Source: Promethearchaeota archaeon
Lineage (GTDB): Archaea > Asgardarchaeota > Lokiarchaeia > Sigyniarchaeales > SOKP01
Reading direction: 5' to 3'
DNA: 46,447 nucleotides
NCBI GenBank assembly: GCA_048938895.1
Contig: JBHLLU010000032.1
Span: 1 to 46,447, forward strand
The notes beneath the pieces are model-generated. The model did no database searches and was not told the DNA's origin. It saw only the letters and a program-made list of their open reading frames with translations. The position numbers and the translations under genes are program-made. Positions within the stretch are counted from its first letter, which is position 1. Each line of letters begins with the position of its first letter. Positions 1 to 10,350 of this stretch are shown here, in pieces.

Positions 1-40
1 TTTTTCTAGATTAGCAATTAATAAAAAAGGTGAATAACTG

Positions 41-763
41 ATTCCCTATTTTGAATATTCTGGAAAAAAAATATATTTTCAAGTTAGAAATAGTAATTCT
101 TCACGAGCAATCATATTTGTTCATGGTTCAGGGGGAAATTCTGATATTTGGAAAGCGCAATTAAATTTGAAGGTAAATTATAACCTTTATGCCCTGGATT
201 TACCATCTCACAATAAGTCTGATGAGTTTTCAGAACACACACTTGAATTATATGTAGATGTTCTTAGGAAATTCATTGAATATTTAGACTTAAAAGATGT
301 AATTCTTGCCGGACATTCCCTAGGAGGGGCGGTGATACAATCTTACTATTTTACATATCCCAATGAAGTTTCTGCGTTATTTTTAATAGGAACAGGAGGA
401 AGATTACGAGTTTTGCCTTCAATCTTGGAAACGGTGAAAAATGACTACTCAAAGTTTATTGAGGATATGGATGAGAGTCTTAAAAAGGAATTTTTGAAGA
501 CGGCTTCAAGGGTTTGCTATGATGATTTTAATATTTGTGATAAATTTGATACACTTGATAAGACCGATACTATTAAAATTCCTTGCTTAATTTTAGTTGG
601 CAAGGATGATATCATGACTCCAATTAAGTATTCAGAGTTCTTTCATAGAAAAATTGAAAATTCAGAGCTCGTAATAATTGATAATGCAGGACATTTAGTT
701 ATGATGGAACAACCAAATAAATTAAATGGAGCAATAGAAAGTTATATTAATAATTGTCTTTGA
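41..763 (+). CDS. Alpha/beta-fold hydrolase
   Basis: GHSLGG nucleophile elbow, DLPSHNKS, GKDD acid and AGH histidine. The frame stays open upstream of the ORF-track start (167) and encodes IPYFEYSGKKIYFQ...AIIFVHGSGG (oxyanion motif). In-frame TAA at 35-37, so the start is probably ATT at 41 (SD AGGTGA at 28-33). Confidence 0.9.
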   Translation: MPYFEYSGKKIYFQVRNSNSSRAIIFVHGSGGNSDIWKAQLNLKVNYNLYALDLPSHNKSDEFSEHTLELYVDVLRKFIEYLDLKDVILAGHSLGGAVIQSYYFTYPNEVSALFLIGTGGRLRVLPSILETVKNDYSKFIEDMDESLKKEFLKTASRVCYDDFNICDKFDTLDKTDTIKIPCLILVGKDDIMTPIKYSEFFHRKIENSELVIIDNAGHLVMMEQPNKLNGAIESYINNCL

Positions 764-1575
764 CCAAAGAGATAATGCCGAGAATATACACTTATGGCCC
801 TTTTCAATCGAGGAGATTGGGGCTTTCATTAGGTATTAATGTGTTACCCAATTATAAGTTATGTAGTTTCAACTGTGTGTACTGTGAAATCGGTATTACA
901 GAAAAGGATAACCTTGTATCTCCTGATTTCAGAATCAAGTTACTCCCTTTACCTAGTTTTAGAAATGAGTTAATTTCAATTTTAACTCATGTTCCTCATT
1001 TAGAGTCCATTACTTTTGGTTATAATGGAGAACCAACATTGAATGAAAATTTATTGGATTTCTTACAAATTGCTACAGAAGTTAGGAATAAGATAGATTG
1101 GAGTAATCAAAAACCAAATCTTACACTTTTTACCAATTCTAGTACAGCACATCATAAAATAATAAGAGAAAAGATCAGTAAATTTGAGGTGGTGTTAGCT
1201 AAATTAGACGCTGCAACAATTGAAGATTTTAAGCGTACAAATCGTCCACACGTAAATACTCCTAATATTGGGATAATTATTGATTCTTTAGCTAAATTGA
1301 AGAAATTAATGCCCAAAAATCATAAATTAACCATTCAAACATTACTTTATAATTCATATAAAGAAGATTTTACCCCGAATATTAACAAGAAAAATATCAA
1401 GGAATTGGCTAATGCAATTAAAAAAATCAAACCAGATAATGTGCAAATTTATTCAACCGCAAGAATTCCTGCAGAATATTTTGTGTATAGTATTGATAAT
1501 ATCAAAAAGCAAGAAATAGTCAAATTTATAGAAGATGTTGTAGATGACAAGAATGTTCATATTAATTTCTATTAA
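754..1575 (+). CDS. Radical SAM protein (COG0731/Tyw1-like Fe-S oxidoreductase)
   Basis: YGPFQSRRLGLSLGIN, CSFNCVYC (CxxxCxxC), GEPTL, KLDAA. Overlaps the upstream stop. Alternative ATG at 775. Confidence 0.88.
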   Translation: MSLTKEIMPRIYTYGPFQSRRLGLSLGINVLPNYKLCSFNCVYCEIGITEKDNLVSPDFRIKLLPLPSFRNELISILTHVPHLESITFGYNGEPTLNENLLDFLQIATEVRNKIDWSNQKPNLTLFTNSSTAHHKIIREKISKFEVVLAKLDAATIEDFKRTNRPHVNTPNIGIIIDSLAKLKKLMPKNHKLTIQTLLYNSYKEDFTPNINKKNIKELANAIKKIKPDNVQIYSTARIPAEYFVYSIDNIKKQEIVKFIEDVVDDKNVHINFY

Positions 1576-1649
1576 CTATTTTACAAATATTTTAATATAG
1601 TATAGATAAAACCTTATTAATATCATCTAATATTTTAAATTTCTATGAT

Positions 1650-2663
1650 GTGAGAGAAATGAAAGAGGAGTATATTGCAGGCGTTGATATTGGGGGCACA
1701 TGGATTCGAGTTGCAATATGTACAAAAGATTTAAAAGAAGATAATATTAAAAAGAAAACAACTAAAACATTGAAGGAAACAAATTTATCAATTAGCAATT
1801 CGGTTTGTGAAATTTTATCAGAATTATTAGAAGAAAATCAAATTGAAAGGGAACAGCTCTTAGGTATAGGAATTGCTTCAGCTGGACCTCTAAATATACA
1901 ATCCGGTGTAATTTTTAATAATGCAAATCTTGGATTCAGAGTTATTCCCTTAAAAAAGCCAATTGAACAAAATCTTCCAGGAATACCCTTATTTTTCATT
2001 AATGACGGTAGCGGGGCAGTACTGGGGGTATATCATTTCGAAGCTGATGAAGAGGAAAGAGAAAACCTAGTCTATATTACTATTTCAACGGGAATAGGAG
2101 GGGGTGCGATTTGTAATGGTCATTTATTAATAGGGAAGGAAGGAAACGCAGTGGAAATTGGCCATGGAAAAGTTGAACCTCGAAGTAAGGTGAAATGTAA
2201 ATGTGGCGCGTATGGATGTTGGGAGGCGTATAGTTCTGGAACAGGAGTAGTATCAAGGACTATGGATGCATTAGAAAAGAATGAGATTAAGGCAGATAGA
2301 CTATTAGAAATCGTAGGAAGAGATCTATCTAAAATTACCGCAAAAGAAATATTCCAAGCTGCACGTGAAGGGGATCACCTGTCAAAAATAATTGTAGATG
2401 AATGTGTATTTTATTCTAAAGTCGGGATAGGATTAATTAATACGTATTATGATTGTTCATCGATATATATAGGTGGAGCGATGATAAGAGATAAGGATCA
2501 AATTATTCCTCCCATAATTAAACAATTTGAAGATGATTCTTTATCCTTTACTATAAATCATCCTCCCAAAATAAAAACAACAAGATATCAGGATGAAATT
2601 GGGCTAATGGGTGCTTTGACATATGCAAAATATAGTCTAGAAGGAAATAGAATAATTATTTAA
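1650..2663 (+). CDS. ROK family sugar kinase (glucokinase-like)
   Basis: GVDIGGT, ISTGIGGG, EIGH, CKCGAYGCWEAYSSG Zn motif; no N-terminal HTH. Alternative ATG at 1659. Confidence 0.92.
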   Translation: MREMKEEYIAGVDIGGTWIRVAICTKDLKEDNIKKKTTKTLKETNLSISNSVCEILSELLEENQIEREQLLGIGIASAGPLNIQSGVIFNNANLGFRVIPLKKPIEQNLPGIPLFFINDGSGAVLGVYHFEADEEERENLVYITISTGIGGGAICNGHLLIGKEGNAVEIGHGKVEPRSKVKCKCGAYGCWEAYSSGTGVVSRTMDALEKNEIKADRLLEIVGRDLSKITAKEIFQAAREGDHLSKIIVDECVFYSKVGIGLINTYYDCSSIYIGGAMIRDKDQIIPPIIKQFEDDSLSFTINHPPKIKTTRYQDEIGLMGALTYAKYSLEGNRIII

Positions 2664-2680
2664 TAATAATAAGCCATTGA

Positions 2681-4129
2681 ATGGGGATTATGGAAAAATT
2701 GAATTTACTCTTTACTCCCAGTGGGATTCGAGGGAAAATTGAAAAAGATCTTAATCCTCAGATTGTTAAAAAGATTGTAATTGCATTTAGTACTAGTCTT
2801 AAAACCAGTGATAGAAGAATAATTATCGGAAGAGATACCAGACCAAGTGGGAAAGACTTTGAAAAAGAAGTTATTGAAGGATTAATTGAAAATAATTTTA
2901 AGATAATAAATGTAGGTGTATGTCCAACTCCTGTTATAATTCATGCGAAAAATACACTTAACATTCCAAGCGGTATTATAATTACTGGATCTCATAACTC
3001 TGAAGAATGGAATGGTTTAAAATTGATCTCTTCAGAAACGTTTTTAGACGCAACTGAAATGGAAAAAATCAAAAATAGGTTAAGCAAAGTTAAACTAAAG
3101 TCTCTTTCTCGTAAAAAAGTAAAAGTTCATAATTCAATAGAATATTTGAATCCTATTATGCATTATACTCAAGATCTTTTCAAGCATATTGATCTTGAAG
3201 CTACTATATCCCGAAATGCTCTTAAAGTAGTTATTGATTCGGGTGCGGGAACTGGTAAGCTATTGACCCCTCAAATATTAACTAAGATGGGGTGCAAAGT
3301 TAGATCGATAAATGATGAATTAATTATTAAAAGTTCATTTCCTCGTGGAATTGAGCCAAAAGAAACTAATCTAAGAGATTTAAAAATGGAAGTATGGCAA
3401 GGTAAGTACGATCTAGGATTTGCTCATGACTCAGATGCGGATAGACTATCCATTATTGGGGATGATGGCGTTTTCTATTCAGGAGATATTGCTCTATCAT
3501 TAATTGTAGAAGATTATTTAAAAAATTTTCATAACTCAAGTAAAGAAATTAGAATAATTACAAATGTAGCTAGCTCATTGCGATTTGAAGTTTTAGCAGA
3601 AAAATATAATGCAAGAGTAATTCGAACATCAATTGGAGAGAGATATTTAATTACAAAGATAAATGAATTGATAAGAGAAGGAAGTAGGAATATTGAGAGC
3701 TTGTTAGTTTTGGGTGGAGAAGGTTCAGGTGGTGGTTTCATATTTCCGTATTTCAATAACACTAGAGATGGAATCTTTGCTGCAGCAAAAATTGTAGAAA
3801 TTCTTGTAAGAACAGGACAGAAAATATCAGATTTAGCATCAAGTCTCCCTAGGTATTATTCCCACAGAGAAATAATCGAAATTAGAAATGTTAATGTTAG
3901 GATCTTGATTGATCATATAAAAAAAGAGCTAATCGAAGAAGGTGAGGATGTATTGCAAATTGACCTTGATCTAAGATTCGGAATGGGTAAAGAATGGTTT
4001 GTATTGATTCATCCTTCTAATACAGAGCCGGTTATTAGAGTTATCACTGAAGCTAAAAGAGAATCGCTAGCAAGGGTATATTGTGAAACTACAACTGAAC
4101 TTATAAAGTTAATTATTTCAAGGATATAA
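2681..4129 (+). CDS. Phosphomannomutase/phosphoglucomutase family (alpha-D-phosphohexomutase)
   Basis: SGIRG, GRDTR, TGSHN phosphoserine loop, DSDADR metal loop, GGEGSGG, PSNTEP. Confidence 0.93.
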   Translation: MGIMEKLNLLFTPSGIRGKIEKDLNPQIVKKIVIAFSTSLKTSDRRIIIGRDTRPSGKDFEKEVIEGLIENNFKIINVGVCPTPVIIHAKNTLNIPSGIIITGSHNSEEWNGLKLISSETFLDATEMEKIKNRLSKVKLKSLSRKKVKVHNSIEYLNPIMHYTQDLFKHIDLEATISRNALKVVIDSGAGTGKLLTPQILTKMGCKVRSINDELIIKSSFPRGIEPKETNLRDLKMEVWQGKYDLGFAHDSDADRLSIIGDDGVFYSGDIALSLIVEDYLKNFHNSSKEIRIITNVASSLRFEVLAEKYNARVIRTSIGERYLITKINELIREGSRNIESLLVLGGEGSGGGFIFPYFNNTRDGIFAAAKIVEILVRTGQKISDLASSLPRYYSHREIIEIRNVNVRILIDHIKKELIEEGEDVLQIDLDLRFGMGKEWFVLIHPSNTEPVIRVITEAKRESLARVYCETTTELIKLIISRI

Positions 4130-4230
4130 TTTTTCATACTCTATTAGTTAAGAATTACTTAATTTTTTCCCATCACATTCCCACTTATCTCAATAGAGCT
4201 AAAACCACCGTTAGATTTAAATATGAAACT

Positions 4231-4530
4231 TTACTCTTTATTCTTTAAACATATTTGTTGAATGATCATGGTGACAAAAGATAGATTATGGATCGGATTG
4301 GAACGTGGAAATGTACTAATCCATACTCCGTCTGGTTGTAGTTCATTTGCCATGACATTAATGTATGTTCTGGTAATGTAACCTAGTTTACATGCATTAT
4401 CCTTAGAAACGTGCAATATCAACAAACCATTGAGACTTTTCCTCATACTTTTATAGTCGTAAATTCACAGCAACATAAGAGTTTGATTTAAGCTTCTATA
4501 TCTTACACTTCTTCCACTCAATAATAGCAT
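4231..4530 (-). pseudogene. Possible degraded ORF remnant
   Basis: The frame of ORF 4231..4446 continues upstream through one TGA (MLLLSGRSVRYRSLNQTLMLL*IYDYKS-MRKS...). No recognisable family. Confidence 0.2.
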
Positions 4531-4622
4531 TTATATCATACTACTTCACGATAGGATAAATAAATATGATTTTTAATTAAAAAGTAAAACTAATAAAAAA
4601 TGTAAATTGTAAAAAAAAAGAG

Positions 4623-4841
4623 GTGAAAAAATTGTTAGAATTAAAGGAATGGGCAGAAGCAAAGGAATTTGCTCAGGTAAAGAGAATTCCAGAAATTCAT
4701 AAAGGAAAAAAACTAAATCGAAAAATGCGAGAGCTTCATGTACGTATACTCTATAATCCTAAATACTGTGATGAGAAAGAAAAATACGTGATCAATCTAA
4801 ATGCCCTGAAAGCAAATTACAATCTTGGATGTTTAATCTAA
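4623..4841 (+). CDS. Small basic hypothetical protein or gene fragment
   Basis: 72-aa ORF directly upstream of the MFS gene; no recognised motif. Confidence 0.3.
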   Translation: MKKLLELKEWAEAKEFAQVKRIPEIHKGKKLNRKMRELHVRILYNPKYCDEKEKYVINLNALKANYNLGCLI

Positions 4842-4872
4842 TGAATTCAATGCTAAATTAGAGGAAATAAGT

Positions 4873-6132
4873 ATGTCAGCAGATTATTTCAGGAAAGAAG
4901 AGAATTTAGTCGATTTCAAGAGAATAACATATCCTATCAACAACAATGAAAAGGAATATCGTCTATGGAACGCAAATATTCGAAAATCGTATTTATTTCA
5001 TTTATTCATGGGGTTTCATTTAATTTCAGGTGTATTGTTACCATTTTTTCTATCGTGGGGAAAATTGACCTTCGTTGAGATTATGTTCCTTCAAAGTTAC
5101 TTTACAATGATGGTTTTACTGTTTGAGATACCATGTGGAGCAATAGCGGATTATTTTAATCGTAAATTTTCTTTAATGCTTGGAGCATCGATAACAGCAC
5201 TGGCAGCATTGATATATGGTAGTTATTCAAGTATTGTTATATTTATAATCGGTGAAACATTATGGGCTTTTGCTGGAGCATTGACATCTGGGACAGATCA
5301 AGCATTCATTTACGATACATTAAAAAAACTTGACAGAGAAGAGGATATATCCAAAGTAACAGCTAGAACTAGAAGTTTTATGCTCTTTGGGTTAGCTATT
5401 TCAGCACCAATTGGTTCATTAATAGGTGCATATTTGAGTTTAAACTTGGTAATGAGTTTGATGTTTTTTCCATTCATAATTGCTACGATAATATCTCTAA
5501 CACTAAAAGAGCCGAATCATGAATTAGAGAAAAAGAAAACTGAAAAATATTTAACTGTTATTAGATCGGGATTTAAAGAACTTAAGTCAAATAAGGTACT
5601 AAGAATAATTGCTTTTGAAAGTGTAACAGTTGAAGGTCTTGTATTTTTCTTAATATGGACTTATCAGGTATATCTAGAAGCATTAAATTTACAAATAGTG
5701 TTCTTTGGATTAGTTAGTACATCGATGACCCTAATACAGATCGTTTTTAATAATCTTGTGCCAAAACTCGAAAATAACGTTAACAATAAGAAAAGATTTC
5801 TACAGGTCTATACTTTAATTCCAGGAATAGGATTTATTCTCATAGCATTGATTTACTTTCTACCACTAAGCATACCTTTAATTCTAATAATAATAGGATT
5901 CGGTTTTTCCCGTAGAATAATATTCGTCAAAGGTATAAATAAACAGATTGAAACACAGTACAGAGCTACTGTTTTAAGCACAATAAACATGATAAACAGT
6001 CTCATTAGAAGTGTACTTTACCCATTTATAGCTTATATTGTAATGTGGCATTTAAGCATAACATTTATTTTACTAGGAATAGCAATAATTGTCTTTGCAC
6101 TACTTTCGAATATAAAAAGTGAATATTTATAA
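4873..6132 (+). CDS. MFS transporter
   Basis: About 12 hydrophobic segments; FEIPCGAIADYFNRK (MFS motif A), SGTDQAFIYDTL, RATVLS. Confidence 0.9.
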   Translation: MSADYFRKEENLVDFKRITYPINNNEKEYRLWNANIRKSYLFHLFMGFHLISGVLLPFFLSWGKLTFVEIMFLQSYFTMMVLLFEIPCGAIADYFNRKFSLMLGASITALAALIYGSYSSIVIFIIGETLWAFAGALTSGTDQAFIYDTLKKLDREEDISKVTARTRSFMLFGLAISAPIGSLIGAYLSLNLVMSLMFFPFIIATIISLTLKEPNHELEKKKTEKYLTVIRSGFKELKSNKVLRIIAFESVTVEGLVFFLIWTYQVYLEALNLQIVFFGLVSTSMTLIQIVFNNLVPKLENNVNNKKRFLQVYTLIPGIGFILIALIYFLPLSIPLILIIIGFGFSRRIIFVKGINKQIETQYRATVLSTINMINSLIRSVLYPFIAYIVMWHLSITFILLGIAIIVFALLSNIKSEYL

Positions 6133-6155
6133 CATTTTTTTTTTACTATAAGAAA

Positions 6156-7979
6156 TTAATTTAATTCTTCTAAAATTTTAAGAGCTAATTTTTTACTCAC
6201 AATCTGAGATAATTCCTCAATTGAAGCTTTTTTAATATTTGTAACACTCCCAAAATGGTTAAGCAATTTATTTCGTGTAATTGGTCCTACTCCTTCAATA
6301 TCATCTAGAATAGAACCTACTAGACGTTTTTTCCTTTGCTTCTTGTGAAGTCTTACAGCGAAACGGTGAGCCTCGTCTCTAACCCTTTGGAATAATTTTA
6401 AAAGAGGTGAATTCTTTGGAAGCACAACCGGTTCTTTTTGGCCAAGAATAAAGATCTCTTCATATTTCTTTGCTAACCCTATTATTGGTATTTCAAGGCC
6501 TAATTCTCGTAAAATTGAAACCCCCGCATTTAATTGTCCTTTCCCTCCATCAACTATAATTAAATCGGGAAGCTCTAAATTTCTCTTCAAGAGCATACTA
6601 TACCTTCTCCTTAGTATTTCTTTCATCATAGCAACATCATCGGGTGTTTTTTTATCTTTTACTGTAAAATGTCGATAATATTTATTATATGGTTTTCCAT
6701 CTAAAAAATAGACCATTGAACCTGTAGCATCTTTGCCTTCAATATTGGAAATATCAAAACCCTCAATAATCCTTGGTTCTTTGGAAAGATTTAAAATTTT
6801 TTTTGCCTCATTTAATACTTTTTCTCTGAAATCAGTATCATCCATTTTAATGAGATCCATCTGTTCCCTTTGTTGAACAATAACTCTAGCGTTCTTTTCT
6901 GCAATTCTAATTAAACTTGTTTCATAATCATCATTCGGGGTTCTAATCTTCAAATCCTTTTTAATGTCATTCAGGAAATTTATGAGAATACTTAATTGTT
7001 CATTAAATTCAGGCACAATTATAGCTTCAGGTAATTGTGCTTTGAAATCTTGATAATATTGCTCTAAGATGGAGGAAAAAATTTCAGATTTACGAACTAA
7101 TTTTTCTCTTAAATCAAAGTCAAAAGAACTTTTATTTATTATTCTCCCTTCTCTGATGTGGATTATAACCATTGCCATGAAGTATCCTTTGTTATAATAT
7201 CCAATTATATCCTTATTAGATACATAATCCAGAAAAACATGTTGATCATCTGTCGCATGATCAATATCTTCTAATTTATCTCTCCAAATTGCTGCTATTT
7301 CAAATTCTTGATTTTTTGCAGCAATTTGCATTTTTTCCTCAATTTGTTTTTTTAATTCACTAGTTTCTCCATTTAAAAATAATTCAATTTTTTTGATATT
7401 ATCTCGATACTCTTCTTTAGTAATTTCATTGAAACAGGGGCCAGGGCAGAGTTTTAATTGAAAATATAAACAAGGTCTTTTATTTATTTGAACAGGCTTT
7501 TTACATGAACAATAAGGAAAAATTTTTCTCAAATCTCTTAGTATTCTAATAATCTCCTTTTTATCTGTATAGGGTCCTATAAAAACACTATCTTGAGAAA
7601 ATTTTTCAGGATTTCTTATTACTCTTATCCGAGGAAAATCTTCTCCATAAAAAATTGCAACCCAGGGATAGGATTTAGAATCCCTCATTATTACATTATA
7701 CCGGGGTAGATGCTTTTTTATCTGAATGTGTTCTAAAAGAAGTGCTTCTTTTTCATTTTCAGTTACAATATATTCAATTGAGTTAATTTTACTAACTAAT
7801 TCTTTAATCTTCTCTTCATAATAAGGATCATTATATTTAGCCTTGAGGAAATATTGATTTACCCTTTTTCTCAAATTTATTGCTTTTCCAATATAAATAA
7901 TATTTGCATCATTGTCTGCAAAAAGGTAAACTCCCGGTTCATTTGGTAAACTTTTTCTTTGAAGTTCTAAATCCTTCAT
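6156..7979 (-). CDS. uvrC: Excinuclease ABC subunit C
   Basis: GIY-YIG domain (PGVYLF...YIGKAINLRKRV), Cys cluster, UVR domain, IEGFDISN, PDLIIVDGGKGQ, RDEAHRFA, C-terminal HhH. Confidence 0.97.
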   Translation of the reverse strand: MKDLELQRKSLPNEPGVYLFADNDANIIYIGKAINLRKRVNQYFLKAKYNDPYYEEKIKELVSKINSIEYIVTENEKEALLLEHIQIKKHLPRYNVIMRDSKSYPWVAIFYGEDFPRIRVIRNPEKFSQDSVFIGPYTDKKEIIRILRDLRKIFPYCSCKKPVQINKRPCLYFQLKLCPGPCFNEITKEEYRDNIKKIELFLNGETSELKKQIEEKMQIAAKNQEFEIAAIWRDKLEDIDHATDDQHVFLDYVSNKDIIGYYNKGYFMAMVIIHIREGRIINKSSFDFDLREKLVRKSEIFSSILEQYYQDFKAQLPEAIIVPEFNEQLSILINFLNDIKKDLKIRTPNDDYETSLIRIAEKNARVIVQQREQMDLIKMDDTDFREKVLNEAKKILNLSKEPRIIEGFDISNIEGKDATGSMVYFLDGKPYNKYYRHFTVKDKKTPDDVAMMKEILRRRYSMLLKRNLELPDLIIVDGGKGQLNAGVSILRELGLEIPIIGLAKKYEEIFILGQKEPVVLPKNSPLLKLFQRVRDEAHRFAVRLHKKQRKKRLVGSILDDIEGVGPITRNKLLNHFGSVTNIKKASIEELSQIVSKKLALKILEELN

Positions 7980-8127
7980 ATACGAGATATTTTTAAGCTA
8001 ATTCTTTGGAGATCCATTTTAGTATTATATTTAATCCTTACAAGAAATAGGAATCACTGCTATTAAATAATAAGGGAGGATAAATTTAATTTATTATTAT
8101 AAAATTTAAGAATATTAAACTACCTAT

Positions 8128-9057
8128 TTATTCCCAATAACGATTTATCTCAGTTAATAGGCTCCCATTGATAAGTTTTCTATTATATTTATCACAATAA
8201 TAAGTAATATCAGAGAGAAAATCTTCGATTGCATATAAATGGGAATAAATTTTCATTTGTTTTTCATTTATTGTCTCATTATTACAGATAAAAGCTATAG
8301 CATCAAAGTTGGTTTTAATATATTTAAGATCTTTATAACTCAATTGAAGGTAATATTTATTATACCTTTTTATTTTAATAAGTGCCCATATAAGATACAT
8401 TAAAATTATTCCTAAATTAAATTCTATTAATGAATTAAGAATCATTAGACCTATATTCCATGTACCTTGTTCTTGACGTATACCAGAAAGAGCTAGTGTG
8501 AGTTCTAAGGCAAATTCAACCAAAGTTCCTACCAAAAACAGATAAATAACATCTTCTAAACGTATTTTCTTTTTAAGATAAAAAGTCATAGCAATTAATA
8601 GATTAACAAACACCATCATAGTCATATTAAATCTTTGGTTTTCTATATTCATATTGCGAGACACTCTGATAACCGTATCGTCAATGGGGAGTAATTGGGA
8701 TCCTATTGAGACGGCTATCCATCCAATATAGAAAATTAGTGTAAATAGTAATAAATCATGACTATTTCTCTTTTCAAACATTAAAATGACATACGAGAAT
8801 TGGACAAATCCGGGTGAAAAACAAAACCACATAAAGAAGAGAAATGTATTTAATGGTCCAGTATATTGTCGAGTCCCTGTAATCAAATACCATAGAATAT
8901 AATCGGTAAATATATACGCAAACCATCCCAATAGTCCCCAGCTGATAGGGATCCAATATTTCTTCTTTACCAAGAAAAAAATCCAGATACTTAGAAATAT
9001 AATATCTAGGTAAATGTAATCCAATCCAAACGTTCTAGATACCACTACATCTGTCAA
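8128..9057 (-). CDS. Hypothetical multi-pass membrane protein
   Basis: 309 aa with ~7 hydrophobic segments and a soluble C-terminus; TTG start. Confidence 0.75.
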   Translation of the reverse strand: MTDVVVSRTFGLDYIYLDIIFLSIWIFFLVKKKYWIPISWGLLGWFAYIFTDYILWYLITGTRQYTGPLNTFLFFMWFCFSPGFVQFSYVILMFEKRNSHDLLLFTLIFYIGWIAVSIGSQLLPIDDTVIRVSRNMNIENQRFNMTMMVFVNLLIAMTFYLKKKIRLEDVIYLFLVGTLVEFALELTLALSGIRQEQGTWNIGLMILNSLIEFNLGIILMYLIWALIKIKRYNKYYLQLSYKDLKYIKTNFDAIAFICNNETINEKQMKIYSHLYAIEDFLSDITYYCDKYNRKLINGSLLTEINRYWE

Positions 9058-9151
9058 GATATTAATTCTCTTCTAATTAAATTTTAAATAAATATAATTA
9101 TGCTTAATATCTATTTTTTCTTAAGAATACAAAATTAATTCCATAAAAATT

Positions 9152-9346
9152 ATGGTAAATATTCGAATATGTCCAAAATGTAAGGAGCCAACGCTAAGAA
9201 GTGCAATTAATGTATCGGGTTGGGCTGCTCCAAATTTATTGGAGTGCACTAAATGTGGTTACACTGGCTATTTTTACATTGAAATAGATCCTGAGGATTA
9301 CAAGCTGGATCCAGATGAAAATTTAAATGATAAGGAAGAATTTTAA
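9152..9346 (+). CDS. Small zinc-ribbon protein
   Basis: CPKC...CTKCGY and an acidic tail. Confidence 0.75.
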   Translation: MVNIRICPKCKEPTLRSAINVSGWAAPNLLECTKCGYTGYFYIEIDPEDYKLDPDENLNDKEEF

Positions 9347-9411
9347 GAAGATTACATTTATTAACTCATTCTTTCTATAATCCTTCAAGAGTAAATTTTG
9401 TGTGCTTAATA

Positions 9412-10344
9412 ATGGACCAGTTATTAAAAGATGCTGATAAAATAAAATCATTAGAAATTCAAGGAGCAACAAATATAGCGATCAATGCTATTCAATTCTT
9501 AAGTAATTATTCTACTAGAATGAAATCTAACACCATTGATTCATGTTTTGAACAATTATACAAAGCAGTAGAAGTTTTAATTAATACTAGGCCAACCGAA
9601 CCAGCTATGAAAAATGGTTTGAAGTTTATCATGAATAAGTTAGAAAAGGATAAAGACAGTTGTTATGCAGAATTTATATCTGACGTCATAGAAAAATATA
9701 AAAATCAGTATTATGATATGCTTCAATCGGCAAAAAGGAGAATTGCTGTAATCGGTGCTCGACGAATACCTTCAGTAGACAAAAAATTTAATATTATGAC
9801 TCATTGTCATTCAAGTTTAGTTACTGCTATTCTATTAGAAGCGAAAAGTCAAAATAAGAATTTTAAAGTTATTAACACAGAAACGCAACCAAGATTACAA
9901 GGAAGGAAAACAGCGAAAAAGTTAGCGGGTGCGGGAATAGAGGTTATTCATGTTGTTGATAGTGCAATGAGATGGGCAGTAAGGCATTTTGAAGTAAATT
10001 TGATTATAATTGGGGCAGATAGTATCACAAGTGAGGGAACTATAATTAATAAAATAGGATCAAGATTGTTAGCTTTAGTAGCTCATGAAGAACATGTACC
10101 ATTTTATGTAGCATCTCCCTTATTAAAATATAATCCTGAAACTAATCTTGGGATTTTGGAGACAATAGAAATGCGGGATCCAAGGGAAGTTTGGGAAAAC
10201 CCTTCAAAAGGAATTGAGATTTTGAATCCTGCTTTTGAGACTGTTTCGCGGCGTTACATTGACGGATTAATTACTGAAGCAGGAATTTTTGCATCAAGTC
10301 ATGTTTCAAACTACTTTGAGAAATTATATCCTGAAATGGTATAA
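9412..10344 (+). CDS. Ribose-1,5-bisphosphate isomerase (eIF-2B alpha/beta/delta family)
   Basis: EIQGA, TRPTE, THCHSS (catalytic Cys), GADSIT (catalytic Asp), NKIGS, NPAFE; adjacent to form III RuBisCO. ATG 9412 preferred over GTG 9400. Confidence 0.88.
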   Translation: MDQLLKDADKIKSLEIQGATNIAINAIQFLSNYSTRMKSNTIDSCFEQLYKAVEVLINTRPTEPAMKNGLKFIMNKLEKDKDSCYAEFISDVIEKYKNQYYDMLQSAKRRIAVIGARRIPSVDKKFNIMTHCHSSLVTAILLEAKSQNKNFKVINTETQPRLQGRKTAKKLAGAGIEVIHVVDSAMRWAVRHFEVNLIIIGADSITSEGTIINKIGSRLLALVAHEEHVPFYVASPLLKYNPETNLGILETIEMRDPREVWENPSKGIEILNPAFETVSRRYIDGLITEAGIFASSHVSNYFEKLYPEMV

Positions 10345-10350
10345 AAATGA

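Noticed and set aside
4231-4530. In-frame TGA as possible selenocysteine
   Set aside because: No redox or selenoprotein family motif around the codon, and no convincing SECIS-like hairpin downstream.
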